Positions 19,790-30,086 are shown, counted from the stretch's first letter. The stretch: 64,000 nucleotides of DNA from an uncultured bacterium (GCA_963729625.1 CAVSOU010000008.1:480001-544000); one strand, 5' to 3'. Notes: generated from the letters alone by a model not told the origin. Numbers and translations: made by a program.

Positions 19790-20151
19790 TCTCGACCGGC
19801 GCCGTCGGAACGCTCCTCGCCAGTGTCGACGGCAGTTACGCCGACACCCGCAATCATGAGTTCGAATGCCTGGGGCTTGGAGGTAGAATTAGAGTAACGG
19901 ACGTGCTGCGGCAGTTCGAATGGTGCCCACGCGGCATGCGCGACGGCATCACTTGCTGGGAGCCGGGCTTCGTCGACGATCGCGAACGTGACTTCGGCGC
20001 CACGGCGGCCACCCATATCGATTGTTTCGTCAAAGCGCAGCAAGCCGGAGAACCGGTACCCGTCCCAGCCGAGGATGGGTATCAGGCGCTGAAACTCGGA
20101 CTGGCGGCGATAGAGTCGGCGGCGACCGGGCAGCGGGTACCGATTACGTGA
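19790..20151 (+). pseudogene. C-terminal remnant of Gfo/Idh/MocA oxidoreductase
   Basis: GAVGTL..S....Y....FE..G..GRI and PVPAEDGYQAL....AAIESA.TG.RV; no NAD-binding N-terminus upstream. Confidence 0.65.
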
Positions 20152-20173
20152 GATATGAGCGCAGGGAGTAACC

Positions 20174-22000
20174 ATGAGCACGCCGCGTCCGGAATATCCA
20201 CGTCCGCAGTTTGTCCGCTCCGATTGGCTGTGCCTCAACGGCGAGTGGCAGTTCGAGATCGATGCCGGCGATAGCGGGCTGGAGCGCGGCCTTCTGCATC
20301 GCGACCTGCAGGAGCGGATCGTCGTGCCGTTCTGTCCGGAGGCGCCGCTTTCAGGCATAGGAAACCCTGACTTCATGCACGCCGTGTGGTATCGCCGCAC
20401 CGTCCCGCTGCCCGCCGAATGGGCAGGCCGGCGCGTGCTGCTGCATCTGCAAGCTGTTGACTACGACGCCACGGTTTGGGTCAACGGCGTGGAAGTGGCC
20501 CGCCATCGCGGCGGCTTCACGCCCATCGCCGGCGACCTGCACGGCATCGCCGCGCCCGGAGAGACGATTACCATTGTGGCTCGCGCGCGCGACGATTACC
20601 GCGTTCCCCAGCCGCGGGGCAAGCAGGCGGAGCTGTACGACAACAATCGGTGCGATTACACCCGTACCACCGGGATCTGGCAGACTGTCTGGCTGGAGCC
20701 AGTTCCCGATTGCCACTTGCTGCGACCGCGACTAACTCCTGATGTTGCCAACAGCGTCATCCGCCTCGAGCAGCCGCTGACTGATAACCGCCATGGCTAT
20801 CGCGTGCGCGCCTCGTTGCGCGATTCCCAAGGCGTGGTCGCCACCGCCGAGTGTGCCGCCGACTTCGACCGTGCGCCGCGACTTGACCTGGCGATTCCGG
20901 CCGAGCGACGCCATCTCTGGGCGCCCGGCGATCCGCACCTGTACGACGTCGAAATCGAGCTTGTCGACGCCGAAGGTCGCACGATAGATCGCGCGGCCTC
21001 CTATACGGGCTTGCGCAGCGTGGCCATCGATGGGCCGGCGATCAAGATCAACGGGCAGACCATTTTCCAGCGGCTTGTACTCGACCAGGGATACTACCGC
21101 GACGGCATCCTCACCGCACCCAGCGATGAGGCTCTGCGCCGGGATATCGAGCTGAGCCTCGCTGCCGGCTTCAATGGGGCACGGCTCCACCAGAAAGTCT
21201 TCGAGGAGCGCTTCCTTTATCACGCCGACCGCCTGGGCTACCTGGTTTGGAGCGAATTCCCCGACTGGGGCTGCGCCGGCTTTGGACCGGCGGATAACCA
21301 TCAGCGGCCAGGCGCGACCTACGTCACGCAGTGGCTGGAGGCCATCCAACGCGACTACTCGCATCCCTGCATTGTCGGCTGGTGTCCGCTGAACGAGACC
21401 CACCAAGCGATTTCCGACCATATCACAGTGCTGGACGACGTGACCCGTGGCATGTTCCTTGCGGCAAAAGCGCTGGATACGACGCGCCCGGTGTTGGACA
21501 CATCGGGCTACGCTCACCGCGTTCCTGAGGCGGACGTCTACGACTGCCACGACTATGAACAGAATCCGGCTACGTTCAGGGAACACTACCGACGCGATAC
21601 CGCGGCCCGGGGACCGGCCTTTGTGTCCAGCGACGAGCATCTTCTCGGGTCCATCCCCTATCGGGGCCAGCCGTTCTTCGTCAGCGAGTTTGGCGGCATC
21701 TGGTGGAATTCTCAGGCCAAGCCGGACGACCATTCGTGGGGCTATGGCGAGCGCCCGACCAGTCTTGAGGCGTTTTATGAGCGCTTTGCCGGTCTGGTCG
21801 ACACGCTTCTCGACGACCCCGCCATGTTCGGCTACTGTTACACCCAGCTGACCGACGTCTTCCAAGAGCAGAACGGCATCTACACGTTCGATCGAGGTGA
21901 AAAGTTCGACATGGCGCGGATACGCCAGGTGCAGCAGCGGCGCGCCACGATTGAACGGGCAGCACCTGTAGACGACCGTCTTCGTCGGCTTGAACCGTGA
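20174..22000 (+). CDS. Glycoside hydrolase family 2 (beta-galactosidase/glucuronidase-like)
   Basis: PRPEYPRPQF, LNGEWQF, GIWQTVWLE, LDQGYY, acid/base PLNE, nucleophile SEFGG, YTQLTDV.QE.NG. Confidence 0.93.
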   Translation: MSTPRPEYPRPQFVRSDWLCLNGEWQFEIDAGDSGLERGLLHRDLQERIVVPFCPEAPLSGIGNPDFMHAVWYRRTVPLPAEWAGRRVLLHLQAVDYDATVWVNGVEVARHRGGFTPIAGDLHGIAAPGETITIVARARDDYRVPQPRGKQAELYDNNRCDYTRTTGIWQTVWLEPVPDCHLLRPRLTPDVANSVIRLEQPLTDNRHGYRVRASLRDSQGVVATAECAADFDRAPRLDLAIPAERRHLWAPGDPHLYDVEIELVDAEGRTIDRAASYTGLRSVAIDGPAIKINGQTIFQRLVLDQGYYRDGILTAPSDEALRRDIELSLAAGFNGARLHQKVFEERFLYHADRLGYLVWSEFPDWGCAGFGPADNHQRPGATYVTQWLEAIQRDYSHPCIVGWCPLNETHQAISDHITVLDDVTRGMFLAAKALDTTRPVLDTSGYAHRVPEADVYDCHDYEQNPATFREHYRRDTAARGPAFVSSDEHLLGSIPYRGQPFFVSEFGGIWWNSQAKPDDHSWGYGERPTSLEAFYERFAGLVDTLLDDPAMFGYCYTQLTDVFQEQNGIYTFDRGEKFDMARIRQVQQRRATIERAAPVDDRLRRLEP

Positions 22001-22139
22001 AGGCGTTCATCACGACGGTCTCCCATAGAGCTGTTGCTGTCTGGAACAGAACAACGCGGCGTGCGTTCGGTGCCAGCGGCGATCGGAAGTATGGGTGAGG
22101 AGAATTCTTTGAAGGTCAGCGACGACGTGGTGTTCTCTT

Positions 22140-23306
22140 CTACACGGACTGGGCCGCCGGATCGAACGGGAGGCGGACCGGCTTGCCGTTATCGAGCGAC
22201 GACTGATGAAGCGCGACGACGATCTCCTGATCCAGGCGAGCCTGCGCCGCTCCGTAACTGGGTTCGGACTTCTGTCGTACCGCCGTGATCAGGCTCATGA
22301 TGCAGCACGCAACGCCGATTTCGTCGTCATGCCATTGCGCGCCATGGGCCAGCATGGCTTCGAGCACCGGGTTGTCCCAACGCACTATTGGCGCCTCCGG
22401 GTCGCCGGTGTGCGCGACCATCGCCACCAGCGCCCCGCCGTCGATGCGTTCCCAACGGCGCTCGACGGTCAGGAACCGCGGGCCTTCGCCCCCGGCCGCC
22501 ACGAGCGAGAGCTGTTCCTGCACATCCAGTCCGACCCCGACGGTGATTCCCATGCCCTTCTCGGCCAGGAATCGACTGCTGCGCCACCAACGCAATGCCG
22601 AATCGTAGCCGACGTCGGTCCAGTGGAACAAGCCCAGCCTGCCGTCGGCGAATTCGACTATGCCATGCTCCTGCGTCTCCGTGCGCGCATCCCTGGTGTT
22701 CGCCAGCGGGCTCCAGTGCGGGGCAAGCTCGTACGACTGGACCGCGCCCGTCACCTGCACCGGCACGGCGTCGAAGCCGAGGTAGCTGCGCATCACGCTC
22801 ACGCCGTGGTAGCCATGCCCGGCGAAATCATTGAATGACGAATACACCTTGCCGAAAAGACCGGATGCGATGAGACGCAGCTTGAGTTGCTCGAGCGGTC
22901 GCCGATGGAACTGCTCAGCTACCTCGATCGTGACCGCCTGTCGAGCTGCCGCCGCGATAATGGCGTCGGCCTCGCTGAGTTTGTGCGCGATCGGAGTTTC
23001 CAGCAGCACATGCAGACCGTGTTCGACCGCCATCAATCCCACGGCGCCATTGGCGGCATAGGCGGTGGAGACAATGCCGATCTCGGGCGCGGCTTCCCGC
23101 AAGAGTTGCGCCATATCGGTGTACCAGGGAACGCCAAGGCGCTCGCCAAGGTTCCGCGCGGAGCCGGTACTGCGTCCCCAAACGCCCACGAGATCGGCCT
23201 CGGCACTCAACACGCGCAGGAGGGGGCCGTACAGATACGCGGATCGCGCTCCAGTGCCGATGATCGCGACGCGCAGCGGCCGCTTTGCCGTGGTGTCCTG
23301 GGCCAT
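22140..23306 (-). CDS. Gfo/Idh/MocA family oxidoreductase
   Basis: LRVAIIGTG, HVLLETP, GYHGVS; GGAGGGA RBS. Confidence 0.85.
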   Translation of the reverse strand: MAQDTTAKRPLRVAIIGTGARSAYLYGPLLRVLSAEADLVGVWGRSTGSARNLGERLGVPWYTDMAQLLREAAPEIGIVSTAYAANGAVGLMAVEHGLHVLLETPIAHKLSEADAIIAAAARQAVTIEVAEQFHRRPLEQLKLRLIASGLFGKVYSSFNDFAGHGYHGVSVMRSYLGFDAVPVQVTGAVQSYELAPHWSPLANTRDARTETQEHGIVEFADGRLGLFHWTDVGYDSALRWWRSSRFLAEKGMGITVGVGLDVQEQLSLVAAGGEGPRFLTVERRWERIDGGALVAMVAHTGDPEAPIVRWDNPVLEAMLAHGAQWHDDEIGVACCIMSLITAVRQKSEPSYGAAQARLDQEIVVALHQSSLDNGKPVRLPFDPAAQSV

Positions 23307-23320
23307 GTGTCCCTCCATGT

Positions 23321-23641
23321 CTACACGCCGCCGACGTACGACAACGCTGCCCTGGCGTAGTCCATCCAGGAATCCGCATGTTCAACAGGCACGACGACCC
23401 ATTCCTTCATTGCTCGCCCCATTTCACCTGGGTCGAAGAGATGAGCACCGGCTAAGGCAAGCGCCTGGGCGTGCGTTGCGCCGCTGAGCTTGAAGATCAT
23501 GGCGTCGCGGTAGAACCCGGCAAAGACTTTGCTGCCGATCTTGAGGCAGGGCATGCCGAACATCTTGCCCTGCGCGGCTTCCGTCATTGCCATGAGCGCG
23601 GAACACACCTCGTCGTAGGCGGTCTTCGCATCTTCTGGCAT
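23321..23641 (-). CDS. TfoX-N-like hypothetical protein
   Basis: GKMFGMPCLK..GR.MKEWV pattern; AGGAGG RBS. Confidence 0.7.
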   Translation of the reverse strand: MPEDAKTAYDEVCSALMAMTEAAQGKMFGMPCLKIGSKVFAGFYRDAMIFKLSGATHAQALALAGAHLFDPGEMGRAMKEWVVVPVEHADSWMDYARAALSYVGGV

Positions 23642-23896
23642 CGCACTGTTCCTCCTTGCCAATCGAGCGAGCTTCAGCGATCTTCGGAGGCCGGACTTCC
23701 CGGCGTGCCGTCTCACCCTCGATTATAGGGTCACAAGGCTGTCCCGGCGTACCATGAATTGAGGAAAGGAACACTGTGGAGCGCCGTCGCGCGCATGGTG
23801 CTGGTGATCTCGCCACGGAGCGACATAGACATTCGGGCTGAGTACCTCTCGCAAGGGTCCTATCGCTGCCGCCTCATGGCCTCACTGAACTGGCTC

Positions 23897-24568
23897 TCAA
23901 GGCAGCACCTCGAGCGTTGCAACTCTCGCGCTCGGTGAGAACAGCAACACGTTTTCGCGAATGTCCTCGAGATGCGAGGCGACCGCCACCCTGTCCACGC
24001 CGGGCGGCGCGTACACCACGTAGAGCGCGCCGGTCGTCTGAATGCCGATCTTGCTCCGCGCGTCCGGACCATGAAGCACGGCGGAGAGTATCCCTTCTCC
24101 GTCTTCGACGTACATGTCGCCCGCGGTCAAGACCTGGGTTCTGCCGCTGATCGTGACGCACTCCTCATCGCCGGCGGCCACGGTTGCGCGCAGCGGCGGT
24201 CTCAGCGTCGATCGGTCGTGGCCGGCCGTCAGAATCTGATTCTTGAGCTCGGCCATGAACATCGCCTCGACCAAGCAATTGGCGCGCGGAATGTCGCGTT
24301 CGCCGGACACGATCGATTCCAGCTGCAGCAGCACGTGATAGGTCTTGCGAAAGCGCTTGTAGTACGAGATATACGATCGAAGCGGCTCGGTTTGGAGCAG
24401 GTCCGTCCGCGCCAACCCTTTGAAGCGTTCCCGCAATCGTGTCTCGAGCGCCATCTTCTGGTCGTTCAGACGCGGATCGGCGTCGCTATTGGTCACGTTT
24501 TCCAGTGCCAGAATGCCCATAAACGCTTCGGGATAGGCTTCGCGAAATGCGGCGCTGACTTCCAACAT
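23897..24568 (-). CDS. Stand-alone B3/B4 (tRNA-editing) domain protein
   Basis: YYKRF.KTYHVLLQLESI, LVEAMFMAELKN.ILTAGHD. Confidence 0.75.
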   Translation of the reverse strand: MLEVSAAFREAYPEAFMGILALENVTNSDADPRLNDQKMALETRLRERFKGLARTDLLQTEPLRSYISYYKRFRKTYHVLLQLESIVSGERDIPRANCLVEAMFMAELKNQILTAGHDRSTLRPPLRATVAAGDEECVTISGRTQVLTAGDMYVEDGEGILSAVLHGPDARSKIGIQTTGALYVVYAPPGVDRVAVASHLEDIRENVLLFSPSARVATLEVLP

Positions 24569-24642
24569 CGTCGGTCACCAAGGCCCTTTTCTTTCTTCAC
24601 GGACTACGTCGTAGCGAGTCCAACCTGCAGAGCGAAATCCCG

Positions 24643-24939
24643 TCACTGATAGAACGGCGCGGCAGCCATTGTCACCGTTCTCACGGCTTGCATAATACCG
24701 GCAAACTGTCGCAGATCCACCGTCTGCGCCGCGTCGCTCAACACTCGGTCCGGCGCCGGATGCACCTCGATGACCAATCCTGCCGCTCCGGCGGCGATCG
24801 CCGCCGGCGACATCGGCTGGATCAGCGATCGCTTGCCTGTGGCGTGGCAGGGACCGACGATCACTGGCAGATGCGTGAGCTCGCGCAGCAGTGGCACCGC
24901 GCTGAGGTCGAGCTGATGGCGCAAGGTGGCATCAAAGCC
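24643..24939 (-). pseudogene. C-terminal remnant of DAHP synthase (class I beta)
   Basis: LDLSAVP..RELTHLPVIV, IEVHP.PD..LSD; DPSH motif reads GPCH; N-terminal two-thirds absent. Confidence 0.75.
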
Positions 24940-25557
24940 CTACTTCCAGATGGTTGCGATTGAAATTGCGAAGATACTGATCGGCCTGTAGTTCTTATCG
25001 ACCTTCACGACCGTGGCATACTGGACGGCGCCCTGCGGCTGCGGGCTGCCGATCGCCTCATTGCGATTCGTGCATCCATAGTTGATCCGCTGATTCGCGA
25101 CTTCCCCGGTTGCTCCGGTGAGAAAACCACATATCGTGCCGTCCCCGAGCTTGAACATCCAGGCTTGCGCGTTAAGCGCGGGCGCATGCGCGGGCAACGG
25201 GCCCGGCAGCACGACCACGATGCCGGTGGGGTGCGTCGGATCGGCGTCGCAGATAACCCTGCTGGCGTGCTGCGCCAGGCTGAAGCACGGGTCAAAGATC
25301 TCGTTGCCGACCATGCATCGCCAGGCATCGGAACGATCGAGTGCCAGAGATTCGCCCATGTCGCATGTTCCTTGGCGCGGCGATCCAACCGTGCCGGCGG
25401 GATGAAATACCACGACCTTGGTAGGTGGCACGGCGCCAAGCGCGCCGCCCGCGGCGTGTACCGAAGTTTCGTGGGGAGCGAAAGCAATGCCGCTGCACGC
25501 CACGAGCAGGGCAAGCAAGACAACACCGAACAGCCGCTGTCGCCGTGTTGGCGCCAT
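24940..25557 (-). CDS. Secreted Cys-containing hypothetical protein
   Basis: GAGGAG RBS, signal peptide, six Cys in the mature part (RSDAWRC...DPCF). Confidence 0.7.
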   Translation of the reverse strand: MAPTRRQRLFGVVLLALLVACSGIAFAPHETSVHAAGGALGAVPPTKVVVFHPAGTVGSPRQGTCDMGESLALDRSDAWRCMVGNEIFDPCFSLAQHASRVICDADPTHPTGIVVVLPGPLPAHAPALNAQAWMFKLGDGTICGFLTGATGEVANQRINYGCTNRNEAIGSPQPQGAVQYATVVKVDKNYRPISIFAISIATIWK

Positions 25558-25632
25558 GACACGTTCTCCTCTCAAAGCACTGCACGCACCATAGGAGCTC
25601 ATTGAGCCGTACCACCAGATATGCGTAGTTGC

Positions 25633-25651
25633 TATACTCCCGACAAGTATA
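25633..25651. promoter_or_regulatory. CsoR/RcnR-type operator
   Basis: TATACT-CCCGACA-AGTATA inverted repeat (TACT-N7-AGTA) 24 bp upstream of csoR. Confidence 0.7.
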
Positions 25652-25675
25652 CGGCATACAAGGGAGAATTGAGAC

Positions 25676-25966
25676 GTGCCCAAGCATGTTCCAGTTGAAT
25701 ATGCGCGCGACAAGCAGGACCTCCTGCGCCGCCTGCGCAAGGTCGAAGGCCAGGTGCGCGGCCTGCAGCAAATGATCGAGGACGACCGTTATTGCCTGGA
25801 TATCGTTCAGCAGGTCAGCGCCCTGTCTGCAGCCGCGCGCAAGGTCGCGCTGATCGTGCTTGAAGACCACCTGCGCGGCTGCCTCGTGACCGCCGTCAAG
25901 CGAGAGGGAGAGGACGCAGCGTTACAAGAGATGGTAACGGTGCTGGATAAGGCGCTACATCCCTAG
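25676..25966 (+). CDS. csoR: CsoR-family metal-sensing repressor
   Basis: RLRKVEGQVRGLQQMI..RYCLDI; HLRGC (C-H-C fingerprint). Confidence 0.88.
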   Translation: MPKHVPVEYARDKQDLLRRLRKVEGQVRGLQQMIEDDRYCLDIVQQVSALSAAARKVALIVLEDHLRGCLVTAVKREGEDAALQEMVTVLDKALHP

Positions 25967-26221
25967 CCCACCGATGTATGAGCCCGGTGTATGCCCCAGG
26001 GCCCAAAGAAATAGTCGAACCTCTGCTTAAGAGCTGATGGCAGGGTTCTCGCCGGATGAATCCGCCCGCCGTCACGTCCATCCGGATCTATCCGGAGGCG
26101 GCTTGGGGCTGCTTGAAGACCGTGGGCGTATGCCCGACCGGATACGTGGAAACGGCCTGTGGTGTGGTAGGATGAGTGCGGCACACCGACGTCCTCTCCT
26201 GCGAATAGGTTGAACCACACC

Positions 26222-28342
26222 ATGGCCACAACGCGATCCCGGCAGAAGGTAGTCGTCCTCAAGAAGACATCCCGTGCGCGAGAAGGGGGACCACCCTGGG
26301 CAGCCCTCCTCTTTTTGGGCTTGGTCGTCGTCGTTGCCGTCGTACTGCTTCGCTGGGAAACAGGCATGGACGGGACAATCTATCCCGGCGTAACGGTCGG
26401 CGGAGTCAACGTAGGCGGCGAGTCAACGACTGATGCTCGCCGGCAGCTTCAGCAAATGTCCGGGCGCATTGCTTCAAGAACAATCACGGTTTCTGCCGCT
26501 GGACAGAGCTGGACAATCACGCCGCGGCAGCTCGGTATGCAGTTCAATGTCGACGATCTTCTGCGCCAGGCATATGCGCTAGGCCGGGAAGAGAGCATTC
26601 TCAGTCGCCTGGGCACGCAGGCGCAGTTGGCGCTGCAGGGGCGGACAATCTCGTTGGCCGGTAGCTATGACAGTGGAAAGCTGGGCAACTTCGTCGCCCA
26701 GCTGGCAATCGATCTGTACCGGCCGGCACAGCCTGCAGTCGTGAGCTTGCGGAAGGCTCAGGCGGTAATCAGCGCGCACGCGACGCCTGGGCGGAAACTG
26801 GATCGGCAGTCCGCGACTGCTCTCCTGGCTGATGCGCTCTCCGGCACCGATCAGACGAGCGTTCAGGCGCCTGTCGAGACCATTCCTCCCCCTGTAACCG
26901 AAGCAGCGGCACAACACGAGATGGTCGTGTTGCGATCCATTCTTAGCGCCAAGATACGCCTGCACTTCAATAACAGGCAGTGGCTGCTCAGTGCATCCTC
27001 GATCGCACAGTCCATCTCCCTGACAACAATCGTCGCCTCAGGAGGCGCTGCCACCTATCAGCACGATGTGGATCAAGCAGGACTCACGCGTTTCGTGAAC
27101 GGATTGGCGGCAGAGATCGACCGGCCCATGCAGCCGGCGACGGTCACCATCCTCGATGCTCGTATCACGGTGATCCCGGCGCAGACGGGCTACCATATTG
27201 ACCGCTATGCTACCAAGCAGCTGCTGGCGCAGGCGATCCTGGCTGGCGGTACCCAGGACATTACGGTGCCAGGCGGGAGAACCGATCCAAGCACGCCCAC
27301 TTCGGCGGCCCAGACCGCGGCTCAGCGCGCGGCGGAGCTGATTCGCAGGCCGCTCGCGCTGACGTACCAGTCCTTTTCCTGGCTGCTCGGCCCCTCTCAG
27401 CTTGGGGATGTCTTGACGTTCGTGCCGCGCACCGATCCCTTGAATGGGCCGGTAATGGATGTACGTGTCGACCAAACGCGTTTGGCGCACGTGATTCAGC
27501 CTGCCGTTGCCAGCCTGGAGAAGCCGGCTGTCAACGCGCATTTTGTCGCAAAAGGGGATCGCGTTCTCCTGTCGCCTTCGCTTCCGGGGCGGCGAGTCGA
27601 CGTCGCGTCCCTGGCGGCGGCGATCGAGGGAAGAGGCCGCATCATGCAGTTGCCGCTCCCATTGCAGAGCTACGAGCCTGAGTTGACGACTGCCAAAGCC
27701 GATGCGATGGGCATCCACGACCTGATCATCTCGCACACAACGGAATTCCCGGGGTCGAGCACCGCCCGGCTCACCAATATACACGCTGCCGTGCGCCACC
27801 TGGACGGCCAACTCATTGCTCCAGGCGAGGTGTACTCGTTCAACCAGCGAATTGGCGACATAACACCCGAAGGCGGCTATGTCGAGGGGATAAATATCGT
27901 CGACAACCAGGATGTGCCGGGAATCGGCGGCGGCGTGTGCCAGGTGGCGGTCACGCTGTTTCAAGCGGCTATCTACGCGGGCATGCCGATTGTGGAACGC
28001 GTCAACCACGCGAACGTGGTGTCGTACTACAATCCGATCGGCATGGACGCCACGGTCTACGTGTCGGCGACCGGCCCCGATGTGAAGTTCCAGAACAACA
28101 CCGGTCACTGGGTGCTGGTCAGCTTCGTGGAGGATCTGGCGCACGCCAGGCTCACGGTGCGGTTCTTCGGCACCGATCCGCATTTCCGGGTCGTGGTGCG
28201 CGGTCCGGAAGTAACCAACGTGGCCAACGGCGATGTGAACGCAGTGTTCTATCGCACCGTGTACGATGCCAAAGGCAACGTGCTGCTGGATCACGCCTTC
28301 ACCAGCCACTACGTTCCCGTAGGTGCTTCGCCGAACACGTAG
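26222..28342 (+). CDS. VanW-family protein with peptidoglycan-binding (PG_binding_4-like) repeats
   Basis: N-terminal TM, IYPGVTVGGV, repeated P..A motifs, PGEVYSFN, GGGVCQV..TLF.A, ER.NH, G.DATV. Confidence 0.88.
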   Translation: MATTRSRQKVVVLKKTSRAREGGPPWAALLFLGLVVVVAVVLLRWETGMDGTIYPGVTVGGVNVGGESTTDARRQLQQMSGRIASRTITVSAAGQSWTITPRQLGMQFNVDDLLRQAYALGREESILSRLGTQAQLALQGRTISLAGSYDSGKLGNFVAQLAIDLYRPAQPAVVSLRKAQAVISAHATPGRKLDRQSATALLADALSGTDQTSVQAPVETIPPPVTEAAAQHEMVVLRSILSAKIRLHFNNRQWLLSASSIAQSISLTTIVASGGAATYQHDVDQAGLTRFVNGLAAEIDRPMQPATVTILDARITVIPAQTGYHIDRYATKQLLAQAILAGGTQDITVPGGRTDPSTPTSAAQTAAQRAAELIRRPLALTYQSFSWLLGPSQLGDVLTFVPRTDPLNGPVMDVRVDQTRLAHVIQPAVASLEKPAVNAHFVAKGDRVLLSPSLPGRRVDVASLAAAIEGRGRIMQLPLPLQSYEPELTTAKADAMGIHDLIISHTTEFPGSSTARLTNIHAAVRHLDGQLIAPGEVYSFNQRIGDITPEGGYVEGINIVDNQDVPGIGGGVCQVAVTLFQAAIYAGMPIVERVNHANVVSYYNPIGMDATVYVSATGPDVKFQNNTGHWVLVSFVEDLAHARLTVRFFGTDPHFRVVVRGPEVTNVANGDVNAVFYRTVYDAKGNVLLDHAFTSHYVPVGASPNT

Positions 28343-28429
28343 GGCTTCCCGCCCGTAGAAGCCCGGTGGAGCGCAGATACGCCGTATGTTCGCGCGTCCG
28401 TGTAGACTGAAGTCCGAGGAGTATCTAGG

Positions 28430-28678
28430 GTGGCGGTACCTGCCGACATCCACGACCAGATTTCGCGCATGGAAGCGCGCTTGCGCTTGGTGCCGCCTGA
28501 CGAGACACCACCACCGGATGAGGTGCGCGAGCGGGTTCGCACCTGGCAGAAGCATGTCCATGAAGCAGCGGTAATAATCCGCTGGGCCGATGAGGCGATC
28601 GGCGAGGTGGTCATTTCAGGCGAAGCCCATATTGTCTGGCGGCGAATAGGTACACACGCCATCTTCGAAGAGCCTTAG
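28430..28678 (+). CDS. Small hypothetical protein
   Basis: GAGGAG RBS, GTG start, 82 aa. Confidence 0.5.
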   Translation: MAVPADIHDQISRMEARLRLVPPDETPPPDEVRERVRTWQKHVHEAAVIIRWADEAIGEVVISGEAHIVWRRIGTHAIFEEP

Positions 28679-28754
28679 TAGTCGGGCTCTGCCTGCCGAC
28701 CGTTGGAGCCTACACCGCCAGGCACCACGGCCGGGTTACGCCATGGTCTCCCCG

Positions 28755-29270
28755 TCAGTACCTATCGCCGCTCCAGCCAAACTCCGGCGTCTGCTTGATC
28801 AGCGCTACCAGGTTGGGAGGAGTTGAGGTCGGACGGCTACTGCGCACGTCGATGAAGGCAAACACGTGCTCGCCCCGTGCGACGAGCTCGTTCGACTCGG
28901 CCAGCCGTACCTCATAGGCAAACGTGATCTTTGCCCGCGTGATCTCCGGCACGGTGACCGCGATGACCAGCAGAGCATCCATTCGGGCAGGCCGCTTGTA
29001 GTCGCAGGCGGCCCGCACGATCGTCATCAGCCGGCTCTCGCCCTCCGTGCAGCTCTCATAGTAGTAGCCGAGCGCGCGAAAGACCTCCGTGCGCGCCTCT
29101 TCGAACAGGTCGAAATACGTGCCGTGATAGACTGCGCCGAGAAGGTCCGTGTGGTGCATGCGCACGCGCACTAACCGTGCATTGCGAGGGAGAGCGGGAA
29201 GGCGATGCTCGACCTCATCGTTGGGCGGTGCGACGTGATCGACCGGTATTGATGACACGGGATTCTCCAC
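28755..29270 (-). CDS. Acyl-CoA thioesterase (YbgC/FadM-like)
   Basis: TDLLGAVYHGTYFDLFEEARTE, YKRPAR.D. Confidence 0.85.
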   Translation of the reverse strand: MENPVSSIPVDHVAPPNDEVEHRLPALPRNARLVRVRMHHTDLLGAVYHGTYFDLFEEARTEVFRALGYYYESCTEGESRLMTIVRAACDYKRPARMDALLVIAVTVPEITRAKITFAYEVRLAESNELVARGEHVFAFIDVRSSRPTSTPPNLVALIKQTPEFGWSGDRY

Positions 29271-29555
29271 AGTCTGCCGTCCTTTTCGGTTCGGATATTC
29301 GGCCGAGGGTGAGTATCACCCGCGTACGAGCGCTGAAACATGCGTCTTTGGCGGCTCCTGATGTTCACAGCGCGGGCGCTGGCCTCATCTCTTATCATAG
29401 GGCTCTGACTGGCGACCTTTGCCCAAAGCGGGGACGCCAAGGGCATGCCGGAGAGCGCGACGAGCAAGTCTCGCGGAGGTGCATGGGAGCGCCACGCATC
29501 ATGTATCTTAGGAGAGTGCCAAGATGATCGCCAGAGGCGGATGAGGAGAAAAGCG

Positions 29556-30086
29556 ATGGCCCTGGATGCAGTGGCGAAGCTGAGAGCCCAGATACGAGAT
29601 GTGCCCGACTTCCCGATTCCAGGCGTTCTCTTCAGGGATATTACGCCGGTGCTACAGGACGCTGCCTCCTTTCACGATTCCATCGACTTGCTTGGCGATC
29701 TCTTCGATCCGGCTACCTACGACGTGATCGTGGGAATGGAGTCGCGTGGATTTGTCTTCGGCGCCACAATCGCCTACAAATTCCGGCGCGGCTTTGTGCC
29801 GATCCGCAAGCTGGGCAAGCTGCCCGCGAACAAGATCTCCGTGGAATATGCGCTTGAGTATGGATCGAACACTCTGGAGATACACCGAGACAGCATCCAG
29901 ATAGGTCAGCGCGCCCTGATTATTGACGACTTGCTCGCCACAGGAGGCACCTGCAGCGCCTCGGTCGACCTCGTACGGCGCCTGGGCGGCACTGTAGTGG
30001 GCGCGGCGTTTCTCGTTGAGCTCGATTTCCTCAAGGGACGGGAACGGCTCGCCGGCATTGCGGTCCGGAGCATTCTGCAGTTTTGA
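29556..30086 (+). CDS. apt: Adenine phosphoribosyltransferase
   Basis: PDFPIPGVLFRDITP, ESRGF, RKLGKLP, YALEYG, IDDLLATGGT. Confidence 0.96.
   Translation: MALDAVAKLRAQIRDVPDFPIPGVLFRDITPVLQDAASFHDSIDLLGDLFDPATYDVIVGMESRGFVFGATIAYKFRRGFVPIRKLGKLPANKISVEYALEYGSNTLEIHRDSIQIGQRALIIDDLLATGGTCSASVDLVRRLGGTVVGAAFLVELDFLKGRERLAGIAVRSILQF

Noticed and set aside
19588-20400. N-terminal ~270 aa of the 993-aa GRE ORF
   Set aside because: Overlaps plus-strand oxidoreductase and GH2 coding sequence; an open-frame artefact of high GC
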